Positions 37,326-49,871 of a stretch of DNA of 64,000 nucleotides are shown piece after piece. The position numbers and the translations under genes were made by a program. The notes beneath the pieces are model-generated. The model was not told the DNA's origin and ran no database searches. It saw only the letters and a program-made list of their open reading frames with translations. Source of the stretch: Octopus sinensis (taxonomy: Eukaryota); assembly GCF_006345805.1 (NCBI RefSeq), contig NC_043013.1, positions 8,184,001 through 8,248,000 of the forward strand. Reading direction: 5' to 3'. Every line of letters begins with the position of its first letter. Within the stretch, counting starts at the first letter, position 1.

Positions 37326-37762
37326 TATACACACATATATATATTAAACACCGACATACATACATATAAATACATGCATTCCTGCCACATACACACATGC
37401 TTATATTATTCTGTCCTTTCGGATGGTGGCCACGTTTGGGTGTCAGCTTCAGTCAATTGTATCACCCTCATTTCTTTATTTCTTTAATATATATAATATA
37501 TTTTTCATCAGTATCTAATTTTTGAGTTGCTAAGTTATGGGACACACACAGACTTGGACATCGCTGCAAATTCAGCTACACACACACAGATATATGTATG
37601 GTGTATAGCTTTTTTTACATCCACGTAACTTAGTGGTTTGGCAAAAGAGATCAATAAAATGAATACCATACTTTAAAATGAAATATGTACTGGTGCCAGT
37701 CTGACTAAAAACTTATCAAAATATTGCTCCAGCATGATGACAGTCCAGTGACTAAAACAAAA

Positions 37763-38143
37763 TATTGGGTTGTCCGGAAAGTTCGTGCCGATTTTTAAAG
37801 GAAAGAAAACGGTCAATAAATACTTGCCATTACATTTTTAATCAACCAAATATGAACCATTTTATTGCACAATGCGTCTCCATCTTCCCTCTAACTTGAA
37901 AATACCCTCTTCCCAGAATTGAGGTGCCTGGGAGGGTAAGTCGAAAGGTATGCTTCTATAAATCCGAGGTTGACTTTGCCTTTCATCCTTTCGGGGTCGA
38001 TAAATAAAGTTCCAGTTTCGCACTGGGGTCGATGTAATCGACTTAATCCCTTTGCTTATCCCCTCTATGTTTAGCCCCTTGTGGGTAGTAAAGAAATAGG
38101 TATGCTACTATAAATCGGCGCGAACTTTCCAGACAACCTAATA
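37763..38143 (-). mobile_element. Internally deleted mariner (copy 2) with a nested family B SINE
   Basis: Same TIRs as copy 1; SINE fragment 37965-38097 flanked by aggtatgct(t/a)ctataaatc. Confidence 0.9.
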
Positions 38144-38179
38144 TAAATGATTAGGGTAAATGCTCAAACACGGTTTCCT

Positions 38180-38390
38180 TTTTAAAGATGGAGGAAGTAC
38201 AAACATGCTATAGAAAAGAGGAATGCAGTGACAGCCAGTCTGTCTGTTTGTCCCCGCTGTCCCTTGGTCTATTTATTATTCAGTGTTTCTTCTTTTTTTT
38301 TATTTTCTTTTTTCTTTCGTCAGAACATTTCTCTGGAAATAGTGGCAAAGAAGAACTGTTTAGAAAAATCTAGGTTACTTCAGTTATAAT
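38180..38390 (+). pseudogene. Possible TIR relic
   Basis: KYKHAIEKRNAVTASLSV and NISLEIVAKKNCLEKSRLL resemble AIE.SRKTI.VLS and I.LE.I...L..LL. Confidence 0.2.
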
Positions 38391-39294
38391 GTTCTCTTCT
38401 GTTACCAGTGTTGGTCATGGATGGGATGGGATGGGTGGAGGTAAATGCATAATGATAATATTCAGCTGGAAAAATTAGTTAATTTTAAGGCAGCGTTGTT
38501 ATTGCATTTATTAAGTTAATTAATCCTAATTCTTGGTGAGTTTTTGTTCCACTTACGTCATACTAAGTCTCCTTTTAATATTTGGACAGTTTAATATGCC
38601 TGGGTACAATTATAAACTTTAATTGGCATCCATAGTAATTGAGCTACTAATAATACTTTGCTGTTTGCGATAACACATTTGCGTTGACCCTTCTTGGGAA
38701 GTTAACATTCCCCAGTTTGTTTCTTGTTTATTTATCTTTTTTTTTCCTTTTTTTTTACTTTTACTTGCTTCGCTCATTGGAATGCAGCCATACTTAGGCA
38801 CCACCTTGAAGGCTTTAGGTGAAGAAATTGACTCCAGTGCTTATTTTCTTGAAAAACAAACCAACGCCAGTTGTAAAGTGGTGAGGGGGTATAAACACAA
38901 ATACAAAGACACATGCACTCACACACACATACATACATACATACATACACACATTCATACAGACAGACAGACATATATGCACACATACAGACATACACAT
39001 ACACACATACATACATACATTCAGACATACACGCATACATACATACATACATATATATACATACACTTATACACACACACACACACACACATTCACACAT
39101 ACATACATACATACATACATACATACATACACGCATGCATACATACATACATATATATACATACACACATACACACACACATACATCATACATACATACA
39201 TACACACACATGCATGCATGCACACATATATACATACACACATACACACACATACACACACACATACATACACACATACATACACACATACATT

Positions 39295-39330
<36 letters not shown>

Positions 39331-40270
39331 TAGAGCAGATTATGGCTGAATTTGGGATCTTGGGGAGAGAAAGCAAATCTTTAAATTTATATGCTACAAA
39401 TGATTCACAATGTCTGGGACTATAAAAGTCTGAAAGACCTACCCTTTTGTTACTGTATTTATTTTGAGATGCTCTGTGTTTATTTCAATTACTTAAAATA
39501 TAACAAAGAATTTAGTAAAATAACTTAGTTACCATTAAGCTAGTGTTAGGAAAGTAAATTGTGACTAAGGTTTGGTGGAAGAAGATTTAAAGGATGAGGG
39601 TTAAAAGAAGATGCTTTTTTTTCTTTTCCAAAACCTTGCTAACAAGTAAATGGCTGCTCAAAATTTACTCTAAACTTAACGAGAAAGAGAAGAGACACAT
39701 ACGTGTGTGCGTGTGTGTGTGTGTTTTGTGTGTGTGCATGATAGGCTTCTGCACAATTTTTGTCTACCTAATTCATTCTCAAGATATTGGTCAATCTGGG
39801 TATAGTAAAAGATACTTGCCCAAGGTGCTGAAACCAAATTTATTCTGAAAACAAATTGAGCTTGTTAACCCCCCACAGCCATGTCTGTGTATGTATCTAT
39901 TTTGTGAATATTTGCATAGACTAGAGACACCTATGTGAAATTTTTATGGAAATTAATAGAGGAAATGATGATTTATAAAATGAAATTACACAAGACTGTG
40001 ATGTGTTATAAGTCATGTTTTCTGCTCGGTATTACAAAGATCTGTATAAAAAGTAGTAAACATAGAACTTGGTTTAACCCTACAATTGCAAAATTAAATT
40101 TCATGATTATTCTTGTAATGTTGTTAAATATCTACCAAAAAATGTAGAATTGGTATTTTCCGCAAATCACATTGCCTCAATAAACTTGACATATTTCAAC
40201 ACAAAATAGTTTCAAACATGACCTTCCTCGACAAGAAATAGATTGGTATATAAAACTGCTTTCCACAGTA

Positions 40271-40442
40271 AGGCTCAGGAGTGACTCTGTGGTAAGTAGC
40301 TGGCTTACTAACCGCATGGTTCTGGGTTCAGTCCCACTGTGTGGCACCTTGGGCAAGTGTCTTCTACTATAGCCCCGGGCTGACCAAAGCCATGTAAGTC
40401 GATTTGGTAGATAGAAACTGAAAGAAGCCCATCGTATATATG

Positions 40443-40505
<63 letters not shown>

Positions 40506-40735
40506 TATATATATATGTATGTGTGTGTATATGTTTGTGTGTTTGTGTTTGTTCTCCCAACATCGCTTGACAACCGATGCTGGTGTGTTTATATACCCAT
40601 AACTTAGCGGTTCAGCAAGAGACCGATAGAATAAGTACTAGGCTTACAAAGAATAAGTCCTGGGGTTGATTTGCTCGACTAAAGGCGGTGCTCCAGCATG
40701 GCCACAGTCAAATGACTGAAACAAGTGAAATAGTA
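40271..40735 (+). mobile_element. SINE family A, full length
   Basis: Head, central domain, (TA)n and tail. Confidence 0.9.
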
Positions 40736-40789
40736 TAAGAGTTAAGGGTGATGAAATTTTGAATGGATATATCTGAATTTCACAGTAAA

Positions 40790-41240
40790 CCATCATCATC
40801 ATCATCATTGTCATCATTTAATATCCATTTTCCATGCGGGCATGGGCTGGACAGTTTAACAGGAGCTGACCAGCTTAAGGGCTGTTCAGGTTCCTTGTCT
40901 GTTTTGGCATGGTTTCTACAGCTGGATGCCCTTCCTAATGCCAATTGGGTGCTTTTACGCAGCTTTTACATGGCGCCAGCACCTACAAGCCTGCAAGATT
41001 AAGGATGCTCAGCTGGAGAGGGTTGCAGGGGACAAGTCTGCATGCAAGGACAACAATGCTTTTACTTAGCTTGATGTGTCTTTTCAATCACAGTAAACCA
41101 CCAGCAGCCTTTGTCTCCTGTCATCCCCTCCACAAGTCCCAATGTCTGTAGATCCTTTCTCACCACTTTGTCCCACATCTTGGGTCAACCCCTTCCACAT
41201 ATATTCCTTCTACAATTAGAGATCAGCACCTCTTGATGCA
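40790..41240 (-). mobile_element. Decayed RTE LINE 3' end
   Basis: EDSCIKRC*SLIVEG...WDKVVRKDLQTLGL across frameshifts, plus the family C tail and (GAT)n. Confidence 0.75.
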
Positions 41241-41798
41241 ACTGTCTTCAGGATTAAATATTTTATTTTGCAGAAAAATTACACCCTGCTCTTTCTCTGA
41301 GCACTTAACACCTGTATAGTACCCACATAAAAACCCTCAATGCCACCAAGGGGTGCTTCTGTCCATGTTAAGAACTGCCGATCTAGATGCAAAATAGAAT
41401 CTTGGTGGCAAGATGTTGAATTTGATTGGATGAGTATTTTCGTAGCTTTCAGTTAAGATGCCATTTCTAAGATTATAACCAATCTGGTGATTATCAGGAA
41501 TAAATGGACAAGAAACTTGATAATCATGGTCGTGTTATTAATAATCTGACACTTTATTTAGTTTCTCTTTATCTAATATTTATTTTGAAGTTCCTTTCTT
41601 TTTTTTTCTTTCTTACTTTCTTTCTTTCTGTCTTTATTTATTTATTTATTTATTTCCCCAATGATTCTTCTTTTAATTGTCTCTGTTCTTTTGTTACCTC
41701 AATCTTATGTAAAATAATATGTCTTGCTTCTGCTCTGACATGCTTACAAGATAATGATACACTAAATCTAACCAACAATAGTTTATATTTCTATTCAT

Positions 41799-41836
<38 letters not shown>

Positions 41837-42409
41837 CTCTTTTTCTCTCTCAATTCCTTTTTGTGTTTGCACAATCTTTTAGATAAGAATTGTTTTTCAG
41901 TACCATAAAGAAGTTATTTTACTCAGCATCTCCCATCCTAAGTTTATACAGTCAAACTCAATATCTTAAACTCAATATCTTTTATTTGTGTGCGTTTATT
42001 TGCGTTTTAAATTTATTCTGTTTGATATCAATAATTCTAAATTTGGCTACACAACCAAACAATTTAGTATTTGTGATAATTTGTAGTGTTTTTTTTTTTT
42101 TTTCAGTACGTTCTTAATTTTATAGAAAACCAATCAATGAACCTATTTGTTTGTTAGTCAATAGATAGAAAACTTTGCTTCAGAAATTGTACTCTATACA
42201 TTGACAAAGTACATTAGCTGACTCGTCCCAATCTTATAATCAATAGGAACTATTTAATTGATTGACAAAGTCTTTGATGTCCATCATTTATTTTACATTT
42301 AAACTATTATTTCCTCAATTAGTCTTCAATGACAAGAAATAAATTGGTTACAGGCGCTATAGTGGTCCAGAAATGAAGGGGCTTGGCTTCTGAGGAAAAG
42401 AGACAGAGA

Positions 42410-42625
42410 GGTCTTTTGTTACCAACAGAGTTAATAGCTTTCTGAACCTTTTCCACCTGGTTCTTGTTCTAGTAGCTATGCTTTAAGAGCATTCTCGTCC
42501 ACTGCTAATTAGGTCACCCAGGTAACAAAAACTATCTACTATTTCTAAGGATCCTTCTGGGTATTCAAGAAAATCTGTTTCCTATGCGCTCGTATTGTGT
42601 ATTGTTCCTTTGTATCTGCCATATA
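42410..42625 (-). mobile_element. RTE LINE ORF2 internal fragment
   Basis: EGSLEIVDSFCYLGDLISSGRECS*SIATRTRTRWKRFRKLLTLLVTKDLS; the F.YLG motif follows the RT core. Confidence 0.85.
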
Positions 42626-43596
42626 CAAAGCTAATGAGGAACAGATTCAAATTTCGTTATCAACATTGTACTGTATCTTAGGCAAAGATAGTATTTTATG
42701 CATCTTGAAATACTCTTCAGCTAATTACATCACCCTTCTTTCATGGTTGAAAGAATCTCATTAAAAAAAAAACAAAAAAAAACCCATTCAGCTCTAAAGA
42801 AAGTACCATATTTTCTAGCATTTAAGTTGAATCTTTCAGACCAAAATTTACAGCCCCAAAAAGGTAAGTTAACTTACACACCAAGACGATTTTCGAGGAT
42901 CCAAAATTTCCTGTGAAATACACCAGGAATTGGAAAGATGGTGATAATGTTTGAATGTTTACATTACATACAACATTGACTTGTAGGCCAGAAAATATGG
43001 TAATGTAAAATTAGAAGGCACATTGTAAAAAGTAGTCCAAGATCTCTTCCTCTTTTATGGATAATGTCAGTCTTTAAATTTATTCCTAGTAAAAGTCATC
43101 TCTTCTCTGTTCATCACATAGCCATGTTTGATTGCTAGGAAACAGCCGAAGATTTCATTTTCATGTGATGGTACTGTGGAAAAAATTTCTGGAGTGGTTT
43201 CCATTGCTGTTTCCAGTGCCGTGAAAAGACTGACTCAATGCTACATTTTTGAATACTTCTGCTTACACCAGTAGCCCATTTCACTATTTTGTGTATATTC
43301 ATAGCAACATGAACTTGCAACAGATAACCCCCATTGAGATTCAAATCTAAATGTTTAAGTCCTAAAGCCAAACCATTAACGAATAACATTACTGTAATTG
43401 GGGTAATATTCACTGACAGGAGTTGCTACAAGTGATATGAGTATATGACAAGGATAAGCCTCAACAACGGTGAAATCTGCCTCTCTTGTGATCACTTCTG
43501 GGTACCTTTGTTTCACCTAGTTCTGAAGCATATCATGTTTTTAGTACTAAACATCTTTTAAAGGATCTTTCCTAAATTATGTTTTCAGTTTTTTTT

Positions 43597-43786
43597 AGGT
43601 ACAGGAGTGGCTGTGTAGTAAGTAGCTTGCTTACCAACCACTTGGTTCCAGGTTGATTCCCGCTGCTTTGCACCTTGGGCAAGTGTCTTCTACTACAGCC
43701 GCGGGCCGACCAAAGCCTTGTGAGTGGATTTGGTAGACAGAAACTGAAGGAAGCCCATTGTATATATGTGTATATATATATATATA

Positions 43787-43879
<93 letters not shown>

Positions 43880-44094
43880 TGCATATGTTTGTGTCTGTGT
43901 TTGCCCCCCCCTCCAACATCACTTGACAACTGATGGTGGTGTGTTTATGCCCCCATAACTTAGCAGTTCAGCAAAAGAGACTGATAGAATAAGTACTAGG
44001 CTTACAAAGAATAAGTCCTGGGGTTGATTTGCTCAACTAAAGGCAGTGCTCCAGCATGGCCACAGTCAAATGACTGAAACAAGTAAAAGAGTAA
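43597..44094 (+). mobile_element. SINE family A, full length
   Basis: Head, central domain, (TA)n(TG)n and tail. Confidence 0.9.
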
Positions 44095-45074
44095 ATGAAA
44101 AACTGCAGCTTCAGACTTTTAAATAACTCACAAATATCTCGTATGTTGTAATGTAAATGTTTTTATTATAATATTCTCTGCCATGACACAATTCTAATTT
44201 ATTCTGCTTGTGCAGCACCATTGCAAACCAGAAGATAGTTTATATACCATCTTTATATACTTCAGACTTGCAGGTTCAATATTTTTTCAGAAGTAACACA
44301 AGTATACATCATTGATTATCTGCAACTACGCTGAAATGCATATCTGTTGCTATTCTGATTACTTCTGGAGTGATTCTCTTTCACCTAACTCTGAAGAATA
44401 TTATGTTTTTTTAACACTTTACATCTTGAAAGTGATTTTTCCCAGATGAAAAAAACTGCAACTTAAACAACACACATTTAAGTATGTTCTATTGATAAAG
44501 TTCTCTATTTGGTAATATCAGCCTGTGGCAAGTGTGATATTTTAAAGAAAAAAATTTATTTTTTATGTCTAAATGCTTACTAGAATTTCTTGGAAGGGCT
44601 TACAAAATCCTTGAAAAAAATTCAGCTCTTTGTGGGGATATTTATTTTGAATGGCAGCTGGAAGTTACGTGTCTCCAGACTCACTTTTGATAAGATAATT
44701 TTAATCCCTCAACATCCTCACCAGGAAATTATTGCTGTCATAACCATGTTTTTTTATTTTATTTATTTTTATACACTCAATTAGGTGCTAACGGCTCTCA
44801 GCAAGATCATTATCAAGAACATTCATTCAGGTCTTTCCTCTGCCATTCTTCTAAATTCACCATATGATAGTTCACTCCAGTCCTTGATATTCTCAAATGA
44901 GTTTATTCCAGGTTTTCCTCTCAGGCATTTGCTATTTATCTTTCCTTCTAGTAATAATATTTGTATACCTTCTGCTCTTATGTGATCAAAGTACTCTAGC
45001 TTCCTTGTTTTTAATAGTTGTGAGTAATGGTCTTTATGCATTTGCTAGTTGTAGCACTTAAATTATATTTCTGG

Positions 45075-45257
45075 CACGTAAAAAGCACCCACTACACTCA
45101 CAGAGTAGTTGGTGTTAGGAAAGGCATCCAGCTGTAGAAACACTGCCAGATCAGACTGGAGCCTGGTGCAGCTTTCTGGCTTCCCAGACCCCGGTCAAAC
45201 CATCCAACCTGTGCTAGCACGGAAAACGGATGTTAAATGATGATGATGATGATGATG
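45075..45257 (+). mobile_element. Family C 3' end
   Basis: gcacccactacactcac...gaaaacggatgttaaa(TGA)n. Confidence 0.85.
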
Positions 45258-45823
45258 ATTGGGTTGTCCGGAAAGTTTGTGCCGATTTTTAAAGGAAAGA
45301 AAAAGGTCAATAAATACTTGCCATTACATTTTTAATCAACCAAATATGAACCATTTGGTTGAATGCGTCTCCATCTTTCCTTTAACTTGAAAATACCCCC
45401 TTCCCAGAATTGAGGTGGTTTCATGGCAAATAATTCATCAAGGTATCTTTTTATGTCATCCAAGGAATTGAAATTTTTACCATTAAGACTATTCTCCAGA
45501 GACCTGAATAAGTGGAAATTCAAAGGATCAATATCTAGTGAATATGGAGGGTGGGGTAACACATTCCAGCCGAGCAGCAGCAATTTTTGTCTGGTTCCCA
45601 AAGCATCAAGTGCCAAAAATGAACTTTCTTATCTTCCATTTTAAAGGGTTGCAGAATTAACACAAGTTATAGGAATATAGACCTCCTTCCAAGAAAAGAT
45701 AGCTTAAAGTGTGCTCTAAATGGAGGTGTAGTCAAATCCTATTTTATGGACTTAACCACGTTCTAAAATAAGTCGAAAGGTAAGCCACTATAAATCGGCA
45801 TGAACTTTCCAGACAACCCAATA
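45258..45823 (-). mobile_element. Internally deleted mariner (copy 3)
   Basis: TIRs; RQKLLLLGWNVLPHPPYSLDIDPLNFHLFRSLENSLNGKNF...WEGGIFKLKERW is a mariner transposase C-terminus with a degraded YSPDL motif. Confidence 0.92.
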
Positions 45824-45849
45824 AAATATATAAGGAAAATACAATGGGC

Positions 45850-46835
45850 TGGCAGAATCATTAGCTCACCAGACAGAATGCATTACAACATTTCATCCAT
45901 CTTTATGTTCCGAGTTCAAATTCCACCAAGGTCAACTTTGCCTTTCATCCTTTCATAGTCGATAAATGGAGTACCAGTTGAACCCTTTACGTTCTGAGTT
46001 CAAATCGTGCAAAAGGCTGACTTTGCCTTTCATCCTTTCAGGGTCAATGAATTAAGTACCTGTTGTGTACTGGGGTTAAGCTAATCAACTGAACCTCTCC
46101 CCCAAATTTTTGGGTTTCGTGCCTAGAGTAGAAAAGAATATTCTTATCTCTATACACAAGGCCTGAAATTTTGGGAAACAAGCTAGTCGGGTACATTAAT
46201 CCCTGGGCTGATACTCAAATGGTACTTATTTCTTTGACTTCAAAAGACTGAAGGACAAAGACGACCCCAGCAGAATTTTGGACTCAGACCATAAAGATGG
46301 AGAAAATACCACCAAGCATTTTGCCCAACATGCTAGCCAATTCTGTCAACAACAATAATAATGTTTTCTACAATAGTTGCAAAGTCTGAAGCATTTGGTG
46401 GGGCAGAATGGGGTGGGTGGCGAGCTGGCAGAAACGTTAGCACGCTGGACAAAATGCTTAGCGGTATTTCGTCTGCCGTTACGTTCTGAGTTCAAATTCC
46501 ACCGAGGTCGACTTTGCCTTTCATCCATTCGAGGGGTCGATAAATTAAGTACTAGTTATGCACTGGGGGTCTATATAATCGACCTAATCCGTTTGTCAGT
46601 CCTTGTTTGTCCTCTCTGTGTTTAGCCCCTTGTGGGTAGTAAAGAAATAGGATAGGGTAAGTTAATTATATCAACCCCAGTGCTTAACTGGTATTTATTT
46701 CATTGACTAAAAAAAAAAGGATGAAAGGCAAAGTCAACCTCAATGGAATTTGACTAGGAACACAAAACTGGAAGAAATGCCATGAAAGCATTTTGTCCGA
46801 CATGCTAATGATTCTGCCAGCTTGCCACCTTAATA
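45850..46835. mobile_element. Four family B SINE copies in alternating orientation (+,-,+,-)
   Basis: Approximately 45850-46140 (+), 46140-46345 (-), 46415-46650 (+) and 46650-46835 (-). Confidence 0.8.
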
Positions 46836-46903
46836 GTGGTAGTAGTGGTGGTGGTGGTGGTGGTGGTGGTAGTAGTAGTAGGAGTATTATTATTATTATT
46901 ATT

Positions 46904-47438
<535 letters not shown>

Positions 47439-47720
47439 TATTATTATTATTATTATCTTTGTTTTTCTTCTTTCAAATTTGCTTCCATTTCTTGCCGAGT
47501 GTCTTCCCGACTCCTAGGGCAAAGAAACTCATAGTATACATTGGTAGGCCATTAAACTAAACTCACTAGTTCGTTCATTTTTTATTTTTTTTATTTAAAA
47601 AAAAAAATTAAATTAAAATACATGGGTAGTAATAGTTCTCACATCGACAATGCTCTTCTCTTATTATTATTATTATCATTATTATTATTATTAGTAGTAG
47701 TAGTTATAGTAGTAGTAGTA

Positions 47721-47930
47721 TACATAAAACACATCCGAATGCAAACACGCCGTTTTGTTAGTAGTTGAGTTGATACACTTGAAGATGAGTATAGGAAGCA
47801 CTTAACAGAGAAACTGTTGGAGTGTTGCAAGCTAAGGTAACTGTATTCCGAATAGGGCTTTTGTTCTTGTTTTTCCATTTCATGTAACGCAATATCTACA
47901 ATCATCTTCTTCTGGAAAAACTATAAAATG
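47721..47930 (+). pseudogene. Possible TIR-domain relic
   Basis: Single frame RRFVSS*VDTLEDEYRKHLTEKLLECCKLR*LYSE*GFCSCFSISCNAISTIIFFWKNY parallels AFVSY..D..V...L..KLE...KLCLH.RDF..G.SI..NI..AI...TI...S.NY. Confidence 0.35.
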
Positions 47931-48109
47931 TAAGACAATACGGTGAAACTACAAACAACCACTGCCTGTAGTAAAAACACTATATATATATTCGGTAACT
48001 GTACTAAAAAAGCATTATAGCCATTGATTGAAGTTAAAAGGAAATTATTAATGTGTGTGTAGTCGCAAGCCGGCTAAAGGACTGGAATTAGTGGTTACAC
48101 CAGTGCTTA

Positions 48110-48528
48110 TACTCTTTACTCTTTTACTCTTTTACTTGTTTCAGTCATTTGACTGCGGCCATGCTGGAGCACCGCCTTTAATCGAGCAACTCAACCCCGG
48201 GACTTATTCTTTTTGTAAGCCCAGTACTTATTCTATCGGTCTCTTTTGCCGAACCGCTAAGTAACGGGGACATAAACACACCAGGATCGGTTGTCAAGCA
48301 ATGCTAGGGGGACAAACACAGACACACTAACACACACAGGCATATATATATATATACATATATACGCCGAGCTTCTTTCAGTTTCCGTCTACCAAATCCA
48401 CTCACAAGGCTTTGGTCGGCCCGAGGCAATAGCAGAAGACACTTGCCCAAGGTGCCACGCAGTGGGACTGAACCCGGAACCATGTGGTTGGTAAACAAGC
48501 TACTTACCACACAGCCACGCCTGCGCCT
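48110..48528 (-). mobile_element. SINE family A, full length, close to the apparent consensus
   Basis: Complete tail-to-head match to other copies. Confidence 0.9.
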
Positions 48529-48590
48529 TATAGTGATGGTAATAGGTACAACCAGCACTTGTTGCAAGGAAAACCTGTTTAACCATTGGC

Positions 48591-48641
<51 letters not shown>

Positions 48642-48679
48642 CCTAAAATCTGTTATTCATGGTTTGACAGGAGCTTGCA

Positions 48680-48912
48680 AGTGTAAGCTGGCAGAATCGT
48701 TAGCATGCCGGGCGAAATGCTTAGCAGTATTTCGTCTGCTGTTACGTTTCTGAGTTCAAATTCCGCCGAAGTCGACTTGGCCTTTCATCCATTCAGGGTG
48801 CGATAAATTAAGTACCAGTTATGCACTGGGGTCAATGTAATCGACTTAATCCGCCTGTCTGTCCTTGTTTGTCCCCTCTATGTTTAGCCCCTTGTGGGCA
48901 ATAAAGAAATAA
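48680..48912 (+). mobile_element. Family B SINE
   Basis: Head, Meta-like module and tail. Confidence 0.88.
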
Positions 48913-49101
48913 GGAGCTAGCAAGCTAGAGGGCTGCACCAAACAACAGGCTGCTTTGGCATGGTTTTTTGTTTGTTTTTTTGTACTACTGTATCCCCTTC
49001 ATAACATCAATCACTTTACAGAGTGTATTGGGGGTTCTGGTGCTTGTTATGCGACACCAGCACCTATAGGGTCAGCAACTAACTTGCAGGACAAAGACCC
49101 T

Positions 49102-49133
49102 GCCCCGCCCCGCCCAATCAGGGAGCGGAAGTA
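49102..49133. promoter_or_regulatory. Promoter-like motif cluster: tandem GC boxes, CCAAT box, ETS site
   Basis: gccccgccccgcccaatcagggagcggaagta in an otherwise CpG-poor window. Confidence 0.35.
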
Positions 49134-49384
49134 GCATTGAAGGAGGTGGCCTTGTGCCAGATGAGAGGTTAAAGCATAATAGAAGGGTAAAAATAAAAAT
49201 CTTGATATAGAGGAAATACTTAGCTACCCCCACAACCCCCTTTGAAAGGGAAAGAAACGGAAAATACTTGAAAAATATATAGATACTTGGCAGTGGCGTG
49301 ATATATGTATGTTTATGTGTTGTGTCCATATATGTATGTGTGTGTGTGTGTATATATATTATATGTATGTATATGTGTGTGTAC

Positions 49385-49421
<37 letters not shown>

Positions 49422-49435
49422 TAGATAGATATATA

Positions 49436-49836
49436 TACTCTTACTCTCTTACTTGTTTCAGTCATTTAACTGCAGTCGAGCAGATCGACCCCAGGACTTA
49501 TTCTTTGTAAGCCCAGTACTTATGCTATCAGCCTCTTTTGCCGAACCTCTAAGTTACAGGGACATAACCACACCACTATTGGTTGTCAAGTTATGTTCGG
49601 GGGACAAAAATAGACACACAAACAAATACACACACACACACACACATATATATGATGGGCTTCTTTCAGTTTCCGTCTACCAAATCCACTCACAAAGTTT
49701 TGGTTGGTCCGAGGTTATAGTAGAAAACATTTGCCTAAAGTGCTACACAGTGGGAATGAACCCGGAGCCATGTGGTTCGTAAGCAAGCTACTTACCACAC
49801 AGCCACTCCTGCGCTTACTTACCACACAGCCACTCA
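49436..49836 (-). mobile_element. SINE family A, full length, with head-end duplication
   Basis: acttaccacacagccactc occurs twice at the 5' end. Confidence 0.85.
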
Positions 49837-49837
49837 C

Positions 49838-49871
<34 letters not shown>

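Larger units (their letters stand above)
39900..44620 (+). pseudogene. Best-preserved TLR-like relic region: LRRs, LRRCT, TM and TIR, split by SINE and LINE insertions
   Basis: In order: YLPKNVELVFSANHIASINLTYF (40130), ITNLVIIRNKW (41475), TLNLTNNSL (41758), KLCFRNCTL and NLIINRNYL (42170-42260), LLSWLKE (42735), KCLSPKAKPL..TDRSC + TM (43345-43550), then LNN..CKC, ACAAPL, TM CISVAILITSGVILFHL (44337), TFKYVLLIKFS (44474) and LCLNAY*NFLEG (44563). Many stops and frameshifts. Confidence 0.45.

Noticed and set aside
43135-43413. Minus-strand ORF containing LKHLDL (LRR-like)
   Set aside because: Single isolated motif, conflicting with the consistent + strand signals around it; probably chance.
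45332-45616. Functional transposase CDS
   Set aside because: Only a C-terminal remnant in an internally deleted element; most of the DDD domain is missing and YSPDL is degraded.
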